From Candidatus Parcubacteria bacterium (GTDB lineage: Bacteria; Patescibacteriota; Minisyncoccia; UBA6257; HR35): 64,000 nt of DNA. The position numbers were made by a program, and so were the translations under genes. Shown here piece by piece: positions 1 to 9,981 of this stretch. Position 1 is the stretch's first letter, and each line of letters opens with the position of its first letter. The DNA lies in assembly GCA_025999335.1 (NCBI GenBank), contig AP024681.1, forward strand, positions 459,547 through 523,546, written 5' to 3'. Under the pieces are notes generated by a model that was not told the DNA's origin, did not search any database, and was given only the letters and a program-made list of their open reading frames with translations.

Positions 1-1919
1 GTATGCTTTATATATTTAGCAATGTTTTGAATGCTTTTTCTACCGTAGTATATGCCTTTGACAATAGATGTTAAATCTTTATCTTTTAAAATAATATCGG
101 CTTCTTGTTTAGCTATATCACTGGCATTTTCTACTACTAACGATACATTGGCTATTTTAAGAGCCATAATATCATTAATACCTTCGCCTAGAAAACCAAC
201 AAATTTTTTCTTTTGAAGAGTTTGAATAATTCTGAATTTACTTTCTGGTTTAATTCGCGCAAAGACTTTATGATGAAAAACAATATTTTCAAAAGTTTCG
301 TCATCAAGATTATTTATATCTTCTTCAATAATTACTTTATCTTTGTCATTAATAATGCCTAACTCTAAAGCTGTTTTTTTAGCAACTTGAGGCGAATCTC
401 CGGTTATTATTTTTATATCAACATTAAATTTTTTCGCCATAGCTATTGCTCGCAAAGCGCTTTTTTTAAGAGGATCTTCAAAACTGGCAATACCTATTAG
501 CTGTTTATTGACAGCAAGAGCTAAAGTTCTTAATCCTTTAGCATCTTCTTGATAGAAAATTTTTTCCCATTTTGCTTTATGCTTAATTGTTGTTTGTTGG
601 TTATATTTACTAAAACAAATTTTTATAATTTCTTCTGGCGCGCCTTTTATGATTTCTAGTATTTGATTTTTGTATTTTACTTTTATAATTTTTATTCTTT
701 TTAAAGGATCAAAAGCAATATCTTGTATTAATTTATAAGAATGGTAATTAGCAACTTCGTTAATTAATCCAATATTTAAAGCGTCGAGAATTGCTTTTTG
801 ATAGGGTTCAATCTCGTCGTTAAAATAAATATCTATTAGAAAAAATTTAAGAAATTTTTTGCGGTTAGTGGTTATTAAATTTACAAATTTTAGGGCATTA
901 GTAGTTACCGTGCCTGTTTTATCAGTGCACAATATTTCAATTCTGCCTAGATCTTCTATAGCTGATAAACGTTTAACAATTAATCCTTTTTTGCTTAAAA
1001 TGATACTAGCAATAGTTAAAGATAAAACCGTCATTGAGGGTAATAACTCTGGCAAAGCAGCTATTAAAAGAGCGATTGAGAAGATTAATAATTCGTTAAA
1101 ATTTAATTGATTAATGCCTAAAATATTAGCAATAAATAAAGTAGCGATAGCAATAAAAGCGCCATAAGTTATTTTTTTACCTAAATCAGACATTGTTTTT
1201 TCAAAGGCGGTAGTTTTTTCTATGTCAACTGTTTTTTTAATTAATGAGCCGAAATAAGTTTTTTTCCCCGTAGCAAAAACAATTCCTTCAATAGAGCCTT
1301 TTACTAAAGATGTGCCCATAAGAGCTATATTAGAAGGGAGAGTGCTTTTATTTAAAGAATCGTTAATTTGGTTTTCAGGCGTTTTAAAAATAAAATCACT
1401 TTCTCCGGTAATAATTGATTCATCAATTAAAGCATTTTCGCTTTTCAAAATACGAATATCTGCCGGCAATACATCGCCATTAACGACTTTAATATAATCC
1501 CCAGGAACTAAATAAAAAGAATCAATCTTTTTCCATTCATTATTTCTTTTAACCAGAGCAAAGGTTTTTAGATATCTTAATAATTTCTGAGTTAATTTGT
1601 TAACCTTATAATCTTGATAAACAGAGATGGTTAAAGAAATGCTAAAAAAAGTAAAAATTAAAACAGCTTCTGCTTCGACGCCATTAATGATTAGCGAGGC
1701 TATGGTAGCTAATAATAAAAGAATATTGAAAAAATTATAAAAATTTTTTTTAATGATACTTAAAATATCAATTTTTAAATAATGCACTCTATTTAAGCCA
1801 TAAATTTTTAACAGTTCTTGAGCTGTTTTTTCATACAGTCCGTTTTTATGAGTATTAAGATTTTTTAAAAAATCTTCAACTGGTTGTTGGGCGATTTGAT
1901 TAATTTCTTCGATAGTCAT
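1..1919 (-). CDS. P-type cation-transporting ATPase (P2-like, Ca2+/Mg2+ type), N-terminal portion; gene runs off the window start
   Basis: Not in the ORF track because it is truncated by the window edge. Reverse-strand translation from the ATG at 1919..1917 reads MTIEEINQIAQQPVEDFLKNLNTHKNGLYEKTAQELL…. It contains a TGES actuator motif (IITGESD, ~1400) and the aspartyl-phosphate motif ICTDKTGTVT (encoded ~938–909). Confidence 0.8.
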   Translation of the reverse strand, partial: MTIEEINQIAQQPVEDFLKNLNTHKNGLYEKTAQELLKIYGLNRVHYLKIDILSIIKKNFYNFFNILLLLATIASLIINGVEAEAVLIFTFFSISLTISVYQDYKVNKLTQKLLRYLKTFALVKRNNEWKKIDSFYLVPGDYIKVVNGDVLPADIRILKSENALIDESIITGESDFIFKTPENQINDSLNKSTLPSNIALMGTSLVKGSIEGIVFATGKKTYFGSLIKKTVDIEKTTAFEKTMSDLGKKITYGAFIAIATLFIANILGINQLNFNELLIFSIALLIAALPELLPSMTVLSLTIASIILSKKGLIVKRLSAIEDLGRIEILCTDKTGTVTTNALKFVNLITTNRKKFLKFFLIDIYFNDEIEPYQKAILDALNIGLINEVANYHSYKLIQDIAFDPLKRIKIIKVKYKNQILEIIKGAPEEIIKICFSKYNQQTTIKHKAKWEKIFYQEDAKGLRTLALAVNKQLIGIASFEDPLKKSALRAIAMAKKFNVDIKIITGDSPQVAKKTALELGIINDKDKVIIEEDINNLDDETFENIVFHHKVFARIKPESKFRIIQTLQKKKFVGFLGEGINDIMALKIANVSLVVENASDIAKQEADIILKDKDLTSIVKGIYYGRKSIQNIAKYIKH

Positions 1920-1946
1920 TATTATATTTATTGTATAATAAAAATT

Positions 1947-2771
1947 ATGATATTAGATGGTAAAAAGTTATCTTTAGAGATTCTTGATAATTTACGTTTA
2001 CAAAGGTCTCAGTTTAAGCAATTAAAAATAGCTGCTTTTTTGATAGGCAAAGAATCGGAAAAATTAAGTTTTTTGAAAATTAAACAGAAATTCGCTGAGT
2101 CTTTAAATATAGATTTTAAAATTTATGAAATCGATGCTTCTTGGAAAAGAAAGAAGATTAGAAAATATATAAGTCAAATTATAAGACACAAAACAATTAA
2201 CGCTGGCATAATTCAATTGCCTTTAGCTAATACTTTGCCAGCACAGTATATTTTAAATTCTATTCCACCTAAAAAAGATATTGATTGTCTTTCGTCTAAA
2301 TTATTGGGTAGGTTTTATACAGATATTTATATTATTCGTCCTCCGGTAGTTGAAGTTGTTGATTTTTTGAAAAATAAATATAATTGGGATTTTAACGGCA
2401 AAGAAGTACTTGTTGTTGGTTACGGGAATTTAATCGGTAAACCATTAACCCACTATCTTGCCAAAGAAAAAGCAACAGTTATTATTGCTAATTCTCAGAC
2501 TAATTTAGATAAATTTTTAATTTCTGCAGATTTTATTATTTCCGGAGCAGGCCAGCCAAAAATAATTAATCAATGCAAAAAAGGTGCAATTTTAGTTGAT
2601 TTTGGTTATGCAATTGTTGACGGTAAAATTAGTGGTGATTTTTATTTTGAACGATTAAAAAATAAGGCGAGTTTTATTACTCCAACACCGGGAGGCACTG
2701 GACCGATTTTAGTTGCTAAACTTTTCGAGAACTTCTTTAAACTTTTAAACAAACAATGGATGGTTATTTAG
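1947..2771 (+). CDS. folD: Bifunctional methylenetetrahydrofolate dehydrogenase/methenyl-THF cyclohydrolase
   Basis: The track ORF is 1884..2771. MILDGKKLSLEIL… at the ATG at 1947 is the typical FolD start, and the C-terminus has TPTPGGTGPILVAKLFEN (the FolD PGGVGP motif). The upstream in-frame extension would overlap the divergent ATPase start. Confidence 0.8.
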   Translation: MILDGKKLSLEILDNLRLQRSQFKQLKIAAFLIGKESEKLSFLKIKQKFAESLNIDFKIYEIDASWKRKKIRKYISQIIRHKTINAGIIQLPLANTLPAQYILNSIPPKKDIDCLSSKLLGRFYTDIYIIRPPVVEVVDFLKNKYNWDFNGKEVLVVGYGNLIGKPLTHYLAKEKATVIIANSQTNLDKFLISADFIISGAGQPKIINQCKKGAILVDFGYAIVDGKISGDFYFERLKNKASFITPTPGGTGPILVAKLFENFFKLLNKQWMVI

Positions 2772-2829
2772 GCAATTTTTAATTGATTTTATAGTACATC
2801 AATAACAATTAGTTTTATGTTTTGATTTT

Positions 2830-2905
2830 TGGTGGGCGGGAGAGGACTCGAACCTCTGACCTTCTCGACGTCAACGAGACGCTCTGCCAACTGAGCTACC
2901 CGCCC
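2830..2905 (-). tRNA. tRNA-Val (anticodon GAC), CCA encoded
   Basis: The reverse complement is GGGCGGGTAGCTCAGTTGGCAGAGCGTCTCGTTGACGTCGAGAAGGTCAGAGGTTCGAGTCCTCTCCCGCCCACCA. It folds as a cloverleaf with a 7-bp acceptor stem, a TTGACGT anticodon loop (GAC) and a GTTCGAGTC T-loop. Confidence 0.85.
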
Positions 2906-3079
2906 AAATAAAATAATAATGGAGGCTGTAAAACAATTTTTGCCTTACGAACTATTTTCCTAATTAAAATAAAACAGGTAGCTAAACAATTTCATTACTT
3001 TGTTTGGATCTTTTATGATGCTAATATTTACAATAATATTTAAATTATAACATAACTAAAATTTTTTAAGTTATAAAAT

Positions 3080-4420
3080 TTATATGTTAATTTCTATTTT
3101 TTGTTTTAAATAATCTTTTATTTCGTTTATTTTTATTCTTTCTTGATAAGTAGTATCTCTATCGCGAACAGTTATAGTATCATCTTTAAGAGTTTGAAAA
3201 TCAATTGTTAAACAAAAAGGCGTGCCAATTTCATCTTGACGGCGATATCGTTTGCCAATTGATCCATTTTCGTCATAAACAGCTTGAAAATTTTGTTTGA
3301 TATCGTAATAGATAGATTGAGATTTTTTAATTAAATTCTGTTTATTGCTTAACAAAGGCAAAACCGCAACTTCTATTGGCGCTAAAAAGGGAGGGAATTT
3401 AAATATATTACGCGTTTCTTCTTTAACTGTATCTTCGTTGTAGAATTCTAAAAGAATGGCAAGCATTAGCCTTTCAACACCTAAAGATGGTTCAATGACA
3501 TAAGGGATTATTTTCTTTTTAGTTGTTTGATCAAAGTAACTTAAATCTTCTTGAGAATATTGAGAATGATTTTTTAGGTCATAGTCAGTTCTATTAGCAA
3601 TGCCTTCGACTTCATCCCAACCCCAGGGAAATTTATATTCAATATCTATGGTCGCTGTTGAATAATGCGCTAGTTCTTTTTTATTATATTTTCTTTGTCT
3701 AATATTTTTTTGGTTAAAGCCTAATTTTAAGAACCATTTATATCTTTCAGCGACCCAGAAGTTGAACCATTGTTTAGATTCTTTAGGTTTGGTAAAAAAT
3801 TCTAATTCCATTTGTTCAAATTCGCGCACTCTAAAAATGAAATTTTTAGGAGTTATTTCATTGCGAAAGGATTTGCCAATTTGAGCAATGCCAAAAGGTA
3901 GTTTTGTTCTTGTAAAGTTTAAATAATGTTTAAAATTATAAAAAATACCCTGAGCTGTTTCAGGCCTTAAATAAACTTCCGCAGCTGAATTTTCAACTGG
4001 TCCGGCAAAAGTTTTAAACATAAGATTAAATTGTTTTTCTTCAGTTAATTGTCCTTTACATAAAGGACACAAAGGCTTATTATTTTTGATTTCAATTTTT
4101 CCATACTCACCTTTTAACAAGTGGTCATTGCGGAAACGTTGATGGCATTGCTTGCATTCAACCAGAGGATCTTGAAAATTATTTAGATGACCTGAAGCTT
4201 CGTATATTTTCTTAGGTCCAATAAGAGAACTTTCAATCAGAAAAATATCATCTCTTTTAAATACAACGCTTTGCAGCCATAATTTTTTTATTTTATTTTT
4301 TAGCAAAACACCTAAATGACCAAAGTCATAAAAACCTTTTAAGCCACCGTATATTTCTGCGGCAGGGAAAACAAATCCTCTATTTTTGCTAATTTGAATT
4401 ATTTTATCCAATTTATTCAT
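3080..4420 (-). CDS. glyQS: Glycyl-tRNA synthetase (class II, alpha2 type)
   Basis: 446 aa. The N-terminus MNKLDKIIQISKNRGFVFPAAEIYGGLKGFYDFGHLG… is typical of GlyRS, and it carries a CxxC…CxxC insertion and class II motifs (FRNEITP, GVERL). Confidence 0.8.
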   Translation of the reverse strand: MNKLDKIIQISKNRGFVFPAAEIYGGLKGFYDFGHLGVLLKNKIKKLWLQSVVFKRDDIFLIESSLIGPKKIYEASGHLNNFQDPLVECKQCHQRFRNDHLLKGEYGKIEIKNNKPLCPLCKGQLTEEKQFNLMFKTFAGPVENSAAEVYLRPETAQGIFYNFKHYLNFTRTKLPFGIAQIGKSFRNEITPKNFIFRVREFEQMELEFFTKPKESKQWFNFWVAERYKWFLKLGFNQKNIRQRKYNKKELAHYSTATIDIEYKFPWGWDEVEGIANRTDYDLKNHSQYSQEDLSYFDQTTKKKIIPYVIEPSLGVERLMLAILLEFYNEDTVKEETRNIFKFPPFLAPIEVAVLPLLSNKQNLIKKSQSIYYDIKQNFQAVYDENGSIGKRYRRQDEIGTPFCLTIDFQTLKDDTITVRDRDTTYQERIKINEIKDYLKQKIEINI

Positions 4421-4459
4421 TATATTTTCAGTTACAAGTTTTATTGAGTGAGATTAATT

Positions 4460-6205
4460 TTAAGGCGTAGGTATTGTTATATTTGTAACATTAGCAGTTG
4501 TTAATGGTTGAAGAGAGCCGCTAATTGTTCTTTGCGAGAAATCACCTTTAAGTGAAAAATTAACTTCAGGAATAACCACAAAATTTTGAGGATCAGCATT
4601 AGCAGGGATGTCAACGATTACTTCAAAAACAAGATCTATCTCTTTATTAGCAAATTGATCATTAGGATCTTGACGATAGCCAGCATTAGCGGCTATTTTA
4701 TTAAGAGTGTAATTAAAAATTCCTGTTTGGGGATCAAATTTTAAGTTTTCAATAGTAGCATCACCGCTTACTTTATTGGTTAAATTAACACCTGGAGGAA
4801 ATTTAGCATTAAGATTTAATTCGCTGAAATCTTCAGCTTTAGTTTTAATTTTTACATGCCAGGCAAAATTAGTGATAGCTTCGTGAATAGGCGGGAAACT
4901 ACCTATTGTAGGGAATAAACCTTCATTATAAGTTAAAGAGTGAGTAAGCTCGGCACTACCTTTAATTTTTTTGACATCTTCTTGAAAGATAGCATATTCT
5001 TTTTCAACTTTTTCGACTTCTATAGGAATGGTTGGACTTCTAAAGTCAACTCTAACTTTTGCAGTAAAATTTTTATCGTTATTGGGATTAAAAATAGGCA
5101 AAGTTTTAAGAATAGAAGCAGAGAAATTAATAACTACTTTGTCATTAGGTTTTAAATTAAGTAATTCTGGTTTATTACGTCCATTCCAAATGATAGCTCT
5201 TTCTGCTCGAGAAAGATAACCACTAGAATTAATTGAGTCAAAATCAAATAATCCGCTAAAAGTTACTTTTACTTCATTGTTAGACATAATTGTTTCACTT
5301 TTATTTTCAATAGTTACTTCATAGGAGATATTAGCGCCACTATCAACAACATTATCATTAGGAGTGCTTCTAATCGTAAAAACTATCGGATTATTGACAA
5401 CTGTTGTTTTTGCTATTTGACTATCTAAAGCAAAGCTTTGATTTTCAAAATCAAAGTATATTTTAACCTTGAAAATCCCATCAGATCTTATATCATTAAT
5501 ATAACCATTAATAGTTATTTGCTTAGTGTCATTTTGGTCTAAAACAGGGAATTCCCAATAAAAAATATTACTTTTAGGAAAAGCATCAATTAGTTGAAAA
5601 CCAAAAGCTGGCTCAATATTCACTTTAATATTATTAAATTTTTCTTTAGTTAAATTAAAAAGATTAATTGATAATTGAAAAGGTTGGTTTATGTATATTT
5701 TATTTGGCAGAAAAATATTAGCTTGAATTGGGGCTTTATTAACTTTGACATTTAAATCGCCACCTTTTTCAAAACTGTATTCTTTGCCACTAATTTTATA
5801 GTTTAAAACTACTTTAATTTTTTCGTTCATTTCACCAGCATTGACAAAAAACAAACCAAGAGATTGTTTTTTAATATTTTTAGCTTCAACAATGCCTATT
5901 GGTATAACTCTTTCTTTTATAGATTTTTGATCATAAAAAAAAGCGCCTTCACTTAAAAAAACTTTTAGACTAACGTCTTCTAATCTTTGGTTTGATTGAT
6001 TGTCTATTTGGATAATATAATCACTTATTTCAAAAGAATTGACAATAGTTGGTCCGGTAATTGTTAGAGATAAGCCGGCGATATTAATGTTATTATTTTT
6101 AAAGAGCATAAAAATAAAAACACCGCCAATGATAATAAATATTAAAATACTAAAAATTAAAAGATAATTGCTAATTTTATTTAATGCTTTAAATAAGTTT
6201 GACAT
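4460..6205 (-). CDS. Hypothetical large beta-rich surface protein with an N-terminal membrane anchor
   Basis: 581 aa. There is a single N-terminal TM helix (YLLIFSILIFIIIGGVFIFMLF); the rest is Asn/Ser/Thr-rich with predicted beta-structure. No catalytic motif was recognised. Confidence 0.55.
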   Translation of the reverse strand: MSNLFKALNKISNYLLIFSILIFIIIGGVFIFMLFKNNNINIAGLSLTITGPTIVNSFEISDYIIQIDNQSNQRLEDVSLKVFLSEGAFFYDQKSIKERVIPIGIVEAKNIKKQSLGLFFVNAGEMNEKIKVVLNYKISGKEYSFEKGGDLNVKVNKAPIQANIFLPNKIYINQPFQLSINLFNLTKEKFNNIKVNIEPAFGFQLIDAFPKSNIFYWEFPVLDQNDTKQITINGYINDIRSDGIFKVKIYFDFENQSFALDSQIAKTTVVNNPIVFTIRSTPNDNVVDSGANISYEVTIENKSETIMSNNEVKVTFSGLFDFDSINSSGYLSRAERAIIWNGRNKPELLNLKPNDKVVINFSASILKTLPIFNPNNDKNFTAKVRVDFRSPTIPIEVEKVEKEYAIFQEDVKKIKGSAELTHSLTYNEGLFPTIGSFPPIHEAITNFAWHVKIKTKAEDFSELNLNAKFPPGVNLTNKVSGDATIENLKFDPQTGIFNYTLNKIAANAGYRQDPNDQFANKEIDLVFEVIVDIPANADPQNFVVIPEVNFSLKGDFSQRTISGSLQPLTTANVTNITIPTP

Positions 6206-6241
6206 TCTTGCTGTCTATTTTTATGTTATTTTAACATAAGT

Positions 6242-6910
6242 TTAGAAAATATCTTTATTGATTTCTTTAAATCTGTTTTTTATCATTTTTTTTAAAAAAT
6301 CAGGTATTGTTTTTATTTGAGATGTTTTTATATTATTGATGGCGAAAGCGGAATTAAGAATATTATTAGATATCTTTTGATAGTTATTTTTTGCGCAAAA
6401 ACCGCAAAAAATACTTTGTTTATTATCAAAGAAGGCAAATTTAGTTAATTTACGATTGCATTGATAACATTTTCGTAATTCTATTTCATAACCAATTTCT
6501 TTCATTAGATGAAAAATAAACCAATATTTAAATGTTTTTGGTGATTGATAAATATAATTTTCTAAATTAATTAAAATAAACCAAAGATTTGTTGGTGTTT
6601 CAAGTAAATTGATTTTTTTTATTAATTTTAAAGCCCAGAGATATTCATAAGAATAAGCGGCATAATATTGATTAGGAATTTTAATATTAATCATCGAAAT
6701 AATTCGCAGGAATTGATTTTTGACTAGAACATAGAATTTATTAATATTGCCTATTTCTGATAAACCTAAATTTTTACTTGTATGTTTAAAAGCGCTTTTT
6801 AAAAAACATTTTTGTATTCCGTATTTTTCTGTTAAAATATATATTAAAGCGTCGCTTTCTTTAATTTTTCTTTTATCAAGAATTAAACCATTAAATTTTA
6901 TAAAAAACAT
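6242..6910 (-). CDS. recO: DNA repair protein RecO
   Basis: 222 aa. The N-terminal OB-fold pattern (LILDKRKIKESDALIYILTEKYGIQKCFLKSAFK) and the C-terminal zinc motif CYQCN…18…CGFC match RecO. Confidence 0.65.
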   Translation of the reverse strand: MFFIKFNGLILDKRKIKESDALIYILTEKYGIQKCFLKSAFKHTSKNLGLSEIGNINKFYVLVKNQFLRIISMINIKIPNQYYAAYSYEYLWALKLIKKINLLETPTNLWFILINLENYIYQSPKTFKYWFIFHLMKEIGYEIELRKCYQCNRKLTKFAFFDNKQSIFCGFCAKNNYQKISNNILNSAFAINNIKTSQIKTIPDFLKKMIKNRFKEINKDIF

Positions 6911-6945
6911 TGAGTATAATTTTTTTATTAATAATTTAATTTATT

Positions 6946-8157
6946 ATGAAAAGTAAAAAGTTATCATTTGTCTTTATTATTATAATCTTTTTTGTGATTG
7001 TTTTTTATGCTTATAAAATTGGTTATGAATCAGGCATTACAGTTCTTGCTAAAGAAAGTGGTGTAGATAAATTAACTGTTCAAAAATTGATGAATATAAT
7101 TAAAATTTGGAATATTATCTCTAAAAATTATGTTGAACCACAAAAATTAAACGCTAACAAAGCTGTCTTTGAAGCGTCTCGAGGTGTTGTGAAATCCATA
7201 GGTGATCCTTACGCTGATTTATTTTCAGAACAGCAAAAGAAAATTTTTGAAGAAGATTTGCAAGGTTCATTTGGTGGCGTTGGTTTTGAGATAGGTATTA
7301 GAAAGGAGATTTTGACGGTTATTGCTCCTTTAGAGGGTACGCCCGCAGAAAAAGTTGGTTTGAAACCAGGTGATAAAATTTTAAAAATTAATGGTACCAG
7401 CACTGAAGATATGTCTTTAGATATGGCTGTTAGTCTTATTAGAGGTATGCCAGGGACAACAGTCACATTAACAATCTATAGAAGCGATTGGGTAGAACCT
7501 AAAGATTTTATTATTACTCGCGAAATAATTAATATACCTTTGGTTAAGTCAAAAATCATTGAGCAAAATGTTGGTTATCTTAAAATTAATAGTTTTGCTA
7601 ATGCTGTTGACGAAAAAGTTAAATATGCTTTGCTTGATTTAAAACGTAAAGGAGCTGATCGTTTTATTATTGATTTACGCAATAATCCGGGTGGTTTTTT
7701 AGAGGAAGCTATTAAAGTGAGCAGTCTGTTTTTAAATCCTTCAGAAGTTGTTGTAATTCAAAAAGACAAGAACAACACACAAACAGTACATTTTTCAAAG
7801 GGACCTGGTTCTTTTCGCAAAGAAAAGTTGGTAATTCTTATTAATAGCGGTTCAGCTTCAGCTTCAGAAATTTTTGCTGGCGCTTTAAGAGATAATTTAA
7901 ACATAAAACTTATTGGCGAAAAGAGTTTTGGCAAAGGAAGTGTTCAGCAAACTTTTAATGTTGATAAAAATCTTTTGAAAATAACTATAGCCCATTGGTA
8001 TACGCCTAAAGGTTTTAAGATTGAAGGTGAAGGACTTAAGCCCGATATTGAATTAAAAGAAGAGAAAAAAGAATTAGCTGATGCTGTCGATAAAAATAAA
8101 GCAGAGCAAGAAGATAAAGTTTTAAATTACGCCGTCGCTTTTATTAAAAAAATGTAA
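6946..8157 (+). CDS. C-terminal processing (tail-specific) peptidase, S41 family
   Basis: 403 aa with an N-terminal TM anchor. It has a PDZ segment (GLKPGDKILKINGTSTEDMS), FIIDLRNNPGGFLEEA and INSGSASASEIFAGALRDN, the S41 Ser/Lys dyad context. Confidence 0.8.
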   Translation: MKSKKLSFVFIIIIFFVIVFYAYKIGYESGITVLAKESGVDKLTVQKLMNIIKIWNIISKNYVEPQKLNANKAVFEASRGVVKSIGDPYADLFSEQQKKIFEEDLQGSFGGVGFEIGIRKEILTVIAPLEGTPAEKVGLKPGDKILKINGTSTEDMSLDMAVSLIRGMPGTTVTLTIYRSDWVEPKDFIITREIINIPLVKSKIIEQNVGYLKINSFANAVDEKVKYALLDLKRKGADRFIIDLRNNPGGFLEEAIKVSSLFLNPSEVVVIQKDKNNTQTVHFSKGPGSFRKEKLVILINSGSASASEIFAGALRDNLNIKLIGEKSFGKGSVQQTFNVDKNLLKITIAHWYTPKGFKIEGEGLKPDIELKEEKKELADAVDKNKAEQEDKVLNYAVAFIKKM

Positions 8158-8172
8158 TTTTTATTACTGATA

Positions 8173-8643
8173 ATGGCTAAAAAAACAGCTAAGAAAAAAA
8201 GAAAAGAAAAAAAATTACCAGTGGTGTTATTAGAAGATATTGCTAATTTAGGTCAAAAAGGTTCTATTGTTTTAGTAAAACCTGGTTTTTATAAATATCT
8301 TACCAGCCATAAAAAAGCTTTATTAGCAACCAAAGAACAATTAAAATCAGTGAAACATTTGCTTTTAGAACATAAAGTTGAAGAACGCAAACAAAAAAAA
8401 GAAGACATTGCTGAAAAACTAAAAGATGTGAAATTAAGTTTTAATCTTAATATCGGCGAAAAAAATCAAGTTTTTAATCCTATTACCAAAGAAAAAATAG
8501 CTAAAAAGTTAAAAGAATTAGGTTTTGATATTTCCAAATCACAAATAAGTTTAAATGGTAGAATTATGCGCAAAGGTAATTATAATATTCCTATTAAATT
8601 AGGATATAATATTATTAGTAATATTAAAGTTACTGTTCAATAA
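8173..8643 (+). CDS. rplI: 50S ribosomal protein L9 with a Lys-rich N-terminal extension
   Basis: 156 aa. After a KKTAKKKRKEKK tail, VVLLEDIANLGQKGSIVLVKPGFYKYL matches the L9 N-domain. Confidence 0.75.
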   Translation: MAKKTAKKKRKEKKLPVVLLEDIANLGQKGSIVLVKPGFYKYLTSHKKALLATKEQLKSVKHLLLEHKVEERKQKKEDIAEKLKDVKLSFNLNIGEKNQVFNPITKEKIAKKLKELGFDISKSQISLNGRIMRKGNYNIPIKLGYNIISNIKVTVQ

Positions 8644-8653
8644 AGGTAATTTA

Positions 8654-9937
8654 ATGTTTAGTTCTAAAAAAAATTTTTTATTTGTTAGCATTTTATTGTC
8701 TTTCTTTGCGCTTTTATTTCTTTTACAATATGGGTATATATCTTTAGCTTTTGAAAATCCACCTTCACCTCCACCGTTCGGCGGTGGTTATTTGCAAACT
8801 CAATCTAATCAATTATTAATTACTAAACCGATTATGGTGCGTTCAGGAAATGATTTGAATATAGCCAGCGGTTCTTTGCTAAATGTTAGTGGTACGAGTA
8901 AATTCTATAGCCGTATTCAAGTTTTGGGCAATGCATCTCCTACTTCAGGCGTGGGGTTAGAATTAGGTTATGATGTTGCGAGTTCTGCCGGTATTATCAC
9001 TGCGGTTGATCGTGATGCGGGTTTTAGTTCTTTTAAAGATTTAAAATTAAATGCTAATAAAATTACCTTTGAAAATAATTTAAACCCAGTTTTAATTATT
9101 GCTAATAACACTCTTGTTGTCGGTACTTCGACTTCTAATTATCCTTTAGAAATTTTTAGAAATAATACTAGCAGCGTTTTAGCATTATCAGTTAATTCTT
9201 CTTCTAATTCTTTATATCCTAAAATTGTTTTTCGTTCCGGCAATCCTTTGCAAGAATTATTTCATTTAGGTGTTGTTTATAATAGCCCAACAAATTATGA
9301 ATTAAAAATCGCTACTTTGTCTAACTTAACAACTTCTGAAAGCATTGCTATTAGCCCACAATTAGATTTAAAATTAGGAGCCGGCAATTTGATAATGAAC
9401 AAGGGTGATTTAATTATGAATAATTCTGTTGCTCAATCAATTATTAAAAATTCAGGAAATCTAAATATTAATGCCTCTAATGACATAATTTTTTTTACTT
9501 CCAGTACTCAACAAAGAATGATTATTAAACAAAATGGCAATATTGGAATTAACAATCCTAATCCTTCAGCATTATTAGATGTTGCTGGTAAGGGAAAATT
9601 TTCAGAATTAGAAGTAACGGGAACAATGACTATTCCTGCTCTTTTTAAATATGGCTCTACATCTTCTGGCTATTATTATTGCATTCAAGATTTTATTATT
9701 CAATGGGGGGAGGTTGAGATACCAGCCACCCGTAAGGTTGCTAATATTAACTTACCTAAGGCATACATAGATAATTCTTATAATGTTCAAGTTTCCTTTA
9801 AATCAAACGTAGGAACTAATCGTTCATCTGATCCAGGCGTATTTCAAATAGATAAGCAACAATTTCAAATTATAAATAATTTTGGATTTTATTCAACTTT
9901 CACCTGGCTAACCGTTGGCAGGGGTAATTGTAATTAG
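8654..9937 (+). CDS. Secreted tail-fibre-like protein (signal anchor plus beta-rich repeats, C-terminal globular domain)
   Basis: 427 aa. It has an N-terminal hydrophobic segment and the motif IGINNPNPSALLDVAGKGKF, shared with the next two genes. Confidence 0.55.
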   Translation: MFSSKKNFLFVSILLSFFALLFLLQYGYISLAFENPPSPPPFGGGYLQTQSNQLLITKPIMVRSGNDLNIASGSLLNVSGTSKFYSRIQVLGNASPTSGVGLELGYDVASSAGIITAVDRDAGFSSFKDLKLNANKITFENNLNPVLIIANNTLVVGTSTSNYPLEIFRNNTSSVLALSVNSSSNSLYPKIVFRSGNPLQELFHLGVVYNSPTNYELKIATLSNLTTSESIAISPQLDLKLGAGNLIMNKGDLIMNNSVAQSIIKNSGNLNINASNDIIFFTSSTQQRMIIKQNGNIGINNPNPSALLDVAGKGKFSELEVTGTMTIPALFKYGSTSSGYYYCIQDFIIQWGEVEIPATRKVANINLPKAYIDNSYNVQVSFKSNVGTNRSSDPGVFQIDKQQFQIINNFGFYSTFTWLTVGRGNCN

Positions 9938-9981
9938 TTTTTTAAAACAATAAAATAATATGCTAAAATAATTAAAAGAAG

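Noticed and set aside
859-1497. Two small + strand ORFs (859–1110, 1312–1497) in the first 2 kb
   Set aside because: They lie antisense within the P-type ATPase gene, which reads convincingly on the − strand (TGES and DKTGT motifs). They are AT-rich chance ORFs.
4940-5219. ORFs 4940–5155 and 5028–5219 (+)
   Set aside because: Antisense to the 581-aa surface-protein gene. They have no motifs and a low-complexity Phe/Asn composition.
6747-7466. ORFs 6747–6956 (+) and 7209–7466 (−)
   Set aside because: They overlap recO and the S41 peptidase gene in alternative frames. They are spurious.
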